Source of the DNA: Gordius albopunctatus
Taxonomy: Eukaryota
Reading direction: 5' to 3'
DNA length: 64,000 bases
Assembly (NCBI GenBank): GCA_964276515.1
Contig: OZ193910.1
Span: 7,626,001 to 7,690,000, forward strand
The notes below the pieces were generated by a model that made no database searches, was not told the DNA's origin, and saw only the letters and a list, made by a program, of their open reading frames with translations. Shown piece by piece: positions 57,501 through 64,000 of the stretch; the stretch's first letter is position 1, and every line of letters begins with the position of its first letter. Made by a program: the position numbers and the translations under genes.

Positions 57501-59540
57501 TCAAATTCTTTCGAAAGGGAGATGAAAAAATCTTTAAAAGTTAGTAAATATTCTTAGAATTTTGTCCTTGTTAGAATCTTGATAGGAATTTTTGCGTTGG
57601 CGATGTTTGAGATTGAGAGAAATTAAAATTTTCGTGTGGCGTTTAGATTGATTAAACATCGCTTTATAAGCGTGTCTCTAGTTTTAGTGAAACAAGCTCT
57701 ATGCGATCGTGATTTAGAGTTAATAATTTTTGATGACTGATCAAAAAAATGTTTTTCAAGGAATTCATCTCTTATACGGAAAACTTTAATGAGAGCTATA
57801 TGGTTGAACAAAAAAATTGAAAAAATTTTGAGGTCGAAAAAAATATTTTTTTTCATATTCTTTCGTAAGGGAGATGAAAAAATCTTTAAAAGTTATTAAA
57901 TATTCTTAGCATTTTGTCCTTGTTAGAATCTTGATAGGAATTTTTGCGTTGGCGATGTTTGAGATTGAGAGAAATTAAAATTTTCGTGTGGCGTTTAGAT
58001 TGATTAAAAATCGCTTTATAAGCGTGTCTCTAGTTTTAGTGAAACAAGCTCTATGCGATCGTGATTTAGAGTTAATAATTTTTGATGACTGATCAAAAAA
58101 ATGTTTTTCAAGGAATTCATCTCTTATACGGAAAACTTTCATGAGAGCTATATGGTTGAACAAAAAAAATTAAAACAATTTCGAGGTCGAAAAAAATATT
58201 ATTTTTCATATTCTTTCGAAAGGGAGATGAAAAAATCTTTAAAAGTTAGTAAATATTCTTAGCATTTTGTCCTTGTTAGAATATTGATAGAAATTTATGC
58301 GTGGGGGGATGTTTTAGATTGAGAGAAATTAAAATTTAGGTGTTGCGTTTATATTTTTTCAATATCGCTTTATAAGCGTGTCTCTAGTTTTAGTGTAACA
58401 AGCTCTATGCGATCGTGATTTAGAGTTAATAATTTTTGATGACTGATCAAAAAAATGTTTTTCAAGCAATTCACCTCTTATACAGAAAACTTTCATGAGA
58501 GCTATATGGTTGAACAAAAAAATTGAAAAAATTTTGAGGTCGAAAAAAATATTATTTTTCAAATTCTTTCGAAAGGGAGATGAAAAAATCTTTAAAAGTT
58601 AGTAAATATTCTTAGAATTTTGTCCTTGTTAGAATCTTGATAGGAATTTTTGCGTTGGCGATGTTTGAGATTGAGAGAAATTAAAATTTTCGTGTGGCGT
58701 TTAGATTGATTAAACATCGCTTTATAAGCGTGTCTCTAGTTTTAGTGAAACAAGCTCTATGCGATCGTGATTTAGAGTTAATAATTTTTGATGACTGATC
58801 AAAAAAATGTTTTTCAAGGAATTCATCTCTTATACGGAAAACTTTAATGAGAGCTATATGGTTGAACAAAAAAATTGAAAAAATTTTGAGGTCGAAAAAA
58901 ATATTTTTTTTCATATTCTTTCGTAAGGGAGATGAAAAAATCTTTAAAAGTTAATAAATATTCTTAGCATTTTGTCCTTGTTAGAATCTTGATAGGAATT
59001 TTTGCGTTGGCGATGTTTGAGATTGAGAGAAATTAAAATTTTCGAGTGGCGTTTAGATTGATTAAAAATCGCTTTATAAGCGTGTCTCTAGTTTTAGTGA
59101 AACAAGCTCTATGCGATCGTGATTTAGAGTTAATAATTTTTGATGACTGATCAAAAAAATGTTTTTCAAGGAATTCATCTCTTATACGGAAAACTTTCAT
59201 GAGAGCTATATGGTTGAACAAAAAAAATTAAAACAATTTCGAGGTCGAAAAAAATATTATTTTTCATATTCTTTCGAAAGGGAGATGAAAAAATCTTTAA
59301 AAGTTAGTAAATATTCTTAGAATTTTGTCCTTGTTAGAATCTTGATAGGAATTTTTGCGTTGGCGATGTTTGAGATTGAGAGAAATTAAAATTTTCGTGT
59401 GGCGTTTAGATTGATTAAAAATCGCTTTATAAGCGTGTCTCTAGTTTTAGTGAAACAAGCTCTATGCGATCGTGATTTAGAGTTAATAATTTTTGATGAC
59501 TGATCAAAAAAATGTTTTTCAAGGAATTCATCTCTTATAC
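39516..59540. repeat. Large tandem segmental duplication within the array (offset 10,827 bp, then 9,077/9,078 bp)
   Basis: ORF variants at +10827: 39865/50692, 41278/52105, 41631/52458, 42668/53495, 44072/54899. At +9077/8: 46874/55951, 47871/56948, 49281/58359, 49955/59033. Confidence 0.92.
43373..46800. repeat. 7-monomer-offset duplication, period 2450 bp, containing a 699-bp dimer repeat
   Basis: Matches at 43373/45823, 43726/46176 and 44072/46522, and at 44425/45124 (+699). Confidence 0.82.
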
Positions 59541-62500
59541 GGAAAACTTTAATGAGAGCTATATGGTTGAACAAAAAAATTGAAAAAATTTTGAGGTCGA
59601 AAAAAATATTTTTTTTCATATTCTTCCGTAAGGGAGATGAAAAAATCTTTAAAAGTTATTAAATATTCTTAGCATTTTGTCCTTGTTAGAATCTTGATAG
59701 GAATTTTTGCGTTGGCGATGTTTGAGATTGAGAGAAATTAAAATTTTCGTGTGGCGTTTAGATTGATTAAAAATCGCTTTATAAGCGTGTCTCTAGTTTT
59801 AGTGAAACAAGCTCTATGCGATCGTGATTTAGAGTTAATAATTTTTGATGACTGATCAAAAAAATGTTTTTCAAGGAATTCATCTCTTATACGGAAAACT
59901 TTCATGAGAGCTATATGGTTGAACAAAAAAAATTAAAACAATTTCGAGGTCGAAAAAAATATTATTTTTCATATTCTTTCGAAAGGGAGATGAAAAAATC
60001 TTTAAAAGTTAGTAAATATTCTTAGCATTTTGTCCTTGTTAGAATATTGATAGAAATTTATGCGTGGGGGGATGTTTTAGATTGAGAGAAATTAAAATTT
60101 AGGTGTTGCGTTTATATTTTTTCAATATCGCTTTATAAGCGTGTCTCTAGTTTTAGTGTAACAAGCTCTATGCGATCGTGATTTAGAGTTAATAATTTTT
60201 GATGACTGATCAAAAAAATGTTTTTCAAGCAATTCACCTCTTATACAGAAAACTTTCATGAGAGCTATATGGTTGAACAAAAAAATTGAAAAAATTTTGA
60301 GGTCGAAAAAAATATTATTTTTCAAATTCTTTCGAAAGGGAGATGAAAAAATCTTTAAAAGTTAGTAAATATTCTTAGAATTTTGTCCTTGTTAGAATCT
60401 TGATAGGAATTTTTGCGTTGGCGATGTTTAAGATTGAGAGAAATTAAAATTTTCGTGTGGCGTTTAGATTGATTAAACATCGCTTTATAAGCGTGTCTCT
60501 AGTTTTAGTGAAACAAGCTCTATGCGATCGTGATTTAGAGTTAATAATTTTTGATGACTGATCAAAAAAATGTTTTTCAAGGAATTCATCTCTTATACGG
60601 AAAACTTTAATGAGAGCTATATGGTTGAACAAAAAAATTGAAAAAATTTTGAGGTCGAAAAAAATATTATTTTTCAAATTCTTTCGAAAGGGAGATGAAA
60701 AAATCTTTAAAAGTTAGTAAATATTCTTAGAATTTTGTCCTTGTTAGAATCTTGATAGGAATTTTTGCGTTGGCGATGTTTGAGATTGAGAGAAATTAAA
60801 ATTTTCGTGTGGCGTTTAGATTGATTAAACATCGCTTTATAAGCGTGTCTCTAGTTTTAGTGAAACAAGCTCTATGCGATCGTGATTTAGAGTTAATAAT
60901 TTTTGATGACTGATCAAAAAAATGTTTTTCAAGGAATTCATCTCTTATACGGAAAACTTTAATGAGAGCTATATGGTTGAACAAAAAAATTGAAAAAATT
61001 TTGAGGTCGAAAAAAATATTTTTTTTCATATTCTTTCGTAAGGGAGATGAAAAAATCTTTAAAAGTTATTAAATATTCTTAGCATTTTGTCCTTGTTAGA
61101 ATCTTGATAGGAATTTTTGCGTTGGCGATGTTTGAGATTGAGAGAAATTAAAATTTTCGTGTGGCGTTTAGATTGATTAAAAATCGCTTTATAAGCGTGT
61201 CTCTAGTTTTAGTGAAACAAGCTCTATGCGATCGTGATTTAGAGTTAATAATTTTTGATGACTGATCAAAAAAATGTTTTTCAAGGAATTCATCTCTTAT
61301 ACGGAAAACTTTCATGAGAGCTATATGGTTGAACAAAAAAAATTAAAACAATTTCGAGGTCGAAAAAAATATTATTTTTCATATTCTTTCGAAAGGGAGA
61401 TGAAAAAATCTTTAAAAGTTAGTAAATATTCTTAGCATTTTGTCCTTGTTAGAATATTGATAGAAATTTATGCGTGGGGGGATGTTTTAGATTGAGAGAA
61501 ATTAAAATTTAGGTGTTGCGTTTATATTTTTTCAATATCGCTTTATAAGCGTGTCTCTAGTTTTAGTGTAACAAGCTCTATGCGATCGTGATTTAGAGTT
61601 AATAATTTTTGATGACTGATCAAAAAAATGTTTTTCAAGCAATTCACCTCTTATACAGAAAACTTTCATGAGAGCTATATGGTTGAACAAAAAAATTGAA
61701 AAAATTTTGAGGTCGAAAAAAATATTATTTTTCAAATTCTTTCGAAAGGGAGATGAAAAAATCTTTAAAAGTTAGTAAATATTCTTAGAATTTTGTCCTT
61801 GTTAGAATCTTGATAGGAATTTTTGCGTTGGCGATGTTTAAGATTGAGAGAAATTAAAATTTTCGTGTGGCGTTTAGATTGATTAAACATCGCTTTATAA
61901 GCGTGTCTCTAGTTTTAGTGAAACAAGCTCTATGCGATCGTGATTTAGAGTTAATAATTTTTGATGACTGATCAAAAAAATGTTTTTCAAGGAATTCATC
62001 TCTTATACGGAAAACTTTAATGAGAGCTATATGGTTGAACAAAAAAATTGAAAAAATTTTGAGGTCGAAAAAAATATTATTTTTCAAATTCTTTCGAAAG
62101 GGAGATGAAAAAATCTTTAAAAGTTAGTAAATATTCTTAGAATTTTGTCCTTGTTAGAATCTTGATAGGAATTTTTGCGTTGGCGATGTTTGAGATTGAG
62201 AGAAATTAAAATTTTCGTGTGGCGTTTAGATTGATTAAACATCGCTTTATAAGCGTGTCTCTAGTTTTAGTGAAACAAGCTCTATGCGATCGTGATTTAG
62301 AGTTAATAATTTTTGATGACTGATCAAAAAAATGTTTTTCAAGGAATTCATCTCTTATACGGAAAACTTTAATGAGAGCTATATGGTTGAACAAAAAAAT
62401 TGAAAAAATTTTGAGGTCGAAAAAAATATTTTTTTTCATATTCTTTCGTAAGGGAGATGAAAAAATCTTTAAAAGTTATTAAATATTCTTAGCATTTTGT

Positions 62501-64000
62501 CCTTGTTAGAATCTTGATAGGAATTTTTGCGTTGGCGATGTTTGAGATTGAGAGAAATTAAAATTTTCGTGTGGCGTTTAGATTGATTAAAAATCGCTTT
62601 ATAAGCGTGTCTCTAGTTTTAGTGAAACAAGCTCTATGCGATCGTGATTTAGAGTTAATAATTTTTGATGACTGATCAAAAAAATGTTTTTCAAGGAATT
62701 CATCTCTTATACGGAAAACTTTCATGAGAGCTATATGGTTGAACAAAAAAAATTAAAACAATTTCGAGGTCGAAAAAAATATTATTTTTCATATTCTTTC
62801 GAAAGGGAGATGAAAAAATCTTTAAAAGTTAGTAAATATTCTTAGCATTTTGTCCTTGTTAGAATATTGATAGAAATTTATGCGTGGGGGGATGTTTTAG
62901 ATTGAGAGAAATTAAAATTTAGGTGTTGCGTTTATATTTTTTCAATATCGCTTTATAAGCGTGTCTCTAGTTTTAGTGTAACAAGCTCTATGCGATCGTG
63001 ATTTAGAGTTAATAATTTTTGATGACTGATCAAAAAAATGTTTTTCAAGCAATTCACCTCTTATACAGAAAACTTTCATGAGAGCTATATGGTTGAACAA
63101 AAAAATTGAAAAAATTTTGAGGTCGAAAAAAATATTATTTTTCAAATTCTTTCGAAAGGGAGATGAAAAAATCTTTAAAAGTTAGTAAATATTCTTAGAA
63201 TTTTGTCCTTGTTAGAATCTTGATAGGAATTTTTGCGTTGGCGATGTTTGAGATTGAGAGAAATTAAAACTTTCGTGTGGCGTTTAGATTGATTAAACAT
63301 CGCTTTATAAGCGTGTCTCTAGTTTTAGTGAAACAAGCTCTATGCGATCGTGATTTAGAGTTAATAATTTTTGATGACTGATCAAAAAAATGTTTTTCAA
63401 GGAATTCATCTCTTATACGGAAAACTTTAATGAGAGCTATATGGTTGAACAAAAAAATTGAAAAAATTTTGAGGTCGAAAAAAATATTTTTTTTCATATT
63501 CTTTCGTAAGGGAGATGAAAAAATCTTTAAAAGTTATTAAATATTCTTAGCATTTTGTCCTTGTTAGAATCTTGATAGGAATTTTTGCGTTGGCGATGTT
63601 TGAGATTGAGAGAAATTAAAATTTTCGTGTGGCGTTTAGATTGATTAAACATCGCTTTATAAGCGTGTCTCTAGTTTTAGTGAAACAAGCTCTATGCGAT
63701 CGTGATTTACAGTTAATAATTTTTGATGACTGATCAAAAAAATGTTTTTCAAGGAATTCACCTCTTATACCGAAAACTTTCATGAGAACTATATGGTTGA
63801 ACAAAAAAATTAAAACAATTTTGAGGTCGAAAAAAATATTATTTTTCATATTCTTTCGAAAGGGAGATGAAAAAATCTTTAAAAGTTAGTAAATATTCTT
63901 AGCATTTTGTCCTTTCTTGATAGGAATTTTTGCGTGGGGGATGTTTGAGATTGAGAGAAATTAAAATTTTCGTGTTGCGTTTAGATTGATTCAATATCGC
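54221..64000. repeat. Second copy of the window-start block (1 to ~10.8 kb)
   Basis: Offsets are 54220 (333/54553, 2728/56948), then 51813 (6162/57975, 8309/60122), then 53223 (10041/63264, 10393/63616). Confidence 0.9.
59738..63200. repeat. 4-monomer higher-order repeat, period 1410 bp
   Basis: Matches at 60122/61532/62942, 60444/61854, 60796/62206 and 59738/61148/62558. Confidence 0.88.

Larger units (their letters stand above)
1..64000. repeat. Satellite DNA tandem array, ~353-bp AT-rich monomer, ~183 head-to-tail copies, running off both window ends
   Basis: GTCTCTAGTTTTAGTG at 1 recurs at 354 and then every 352-354 bp (345/346, ~331 or 298 bp in deletion variants) to the end of the window. 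The ORF track repeats with the same period. No non-repeat sequence was seen. Confidence 0.99.

Noticed and set aside
333..63849. About 140 near-identical 62-77 aa minus-strand ORFs as a tandem gene family
   Set aside because: They are one stop-free frame of the satellite monomer. The composition (F/K/I/N) simply reflects AT-richness and shows no recognisable domain. Many copies start at TTG. The frame is freely broken by the A7/A8 slip, the 22-bp deletion and point stops, and the common variants mostly change amino acids. Ribo-seq or proteomics would be needed to reopen this.
1..64000. CRISPR array or other repeat-spacer system, or programmed variable cassettes
   Set aside because: There are no unique spacers. 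The entire unit is repeated, variation is limited to shared SNPs and indels, and no cas, recombinase or reverse transcriptase gene is present.
1..64000. Transposon or MITE insertion, or strand inversion, within the array
   Set aside because: Periodicity is continuous, all length changes are explained by small indels, and the ORF track never switches strand systematically. A remote transposon origin of the monomer cannot be judged from the sequence alone.

Overview
The whole 64 kb window is one uninterrupted head-to-tail array of an AT-rich satellite DNA, with a monomer of about 352-354 bp and roughly 183 copies. A hand count of monomer 1..353 gives about 29% GC. All copies lie in the same orientation. 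I found no genes, RNA genes, transposon insertions, CRISPR spacers or unique DNA. The many 62-77 aa ORFs are one stop-free stretch of the monomer repeated. The informative content is the array's architecture: two monomer subfamilies (a GGGGGG type and a TTGGCG type) arranged in domains; three recurrent deletion alleles (7, 22 and 55 bp); nested higher-order duplications from dimers up to about 10.8 kb; and a recurrence of the window start about 52-54 kb downstream. The monomer contains a diverged ~98-bp internal repeat, several dyad symmetries and many A-tracts, and it is not CpG-depleted. The array is most likely eukaryotic centromeric or pericentromeric heterochromatin (inference). The species and satellite family cannot be assigned from the sequence alone. 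I see no support for a novel protein-coding system.
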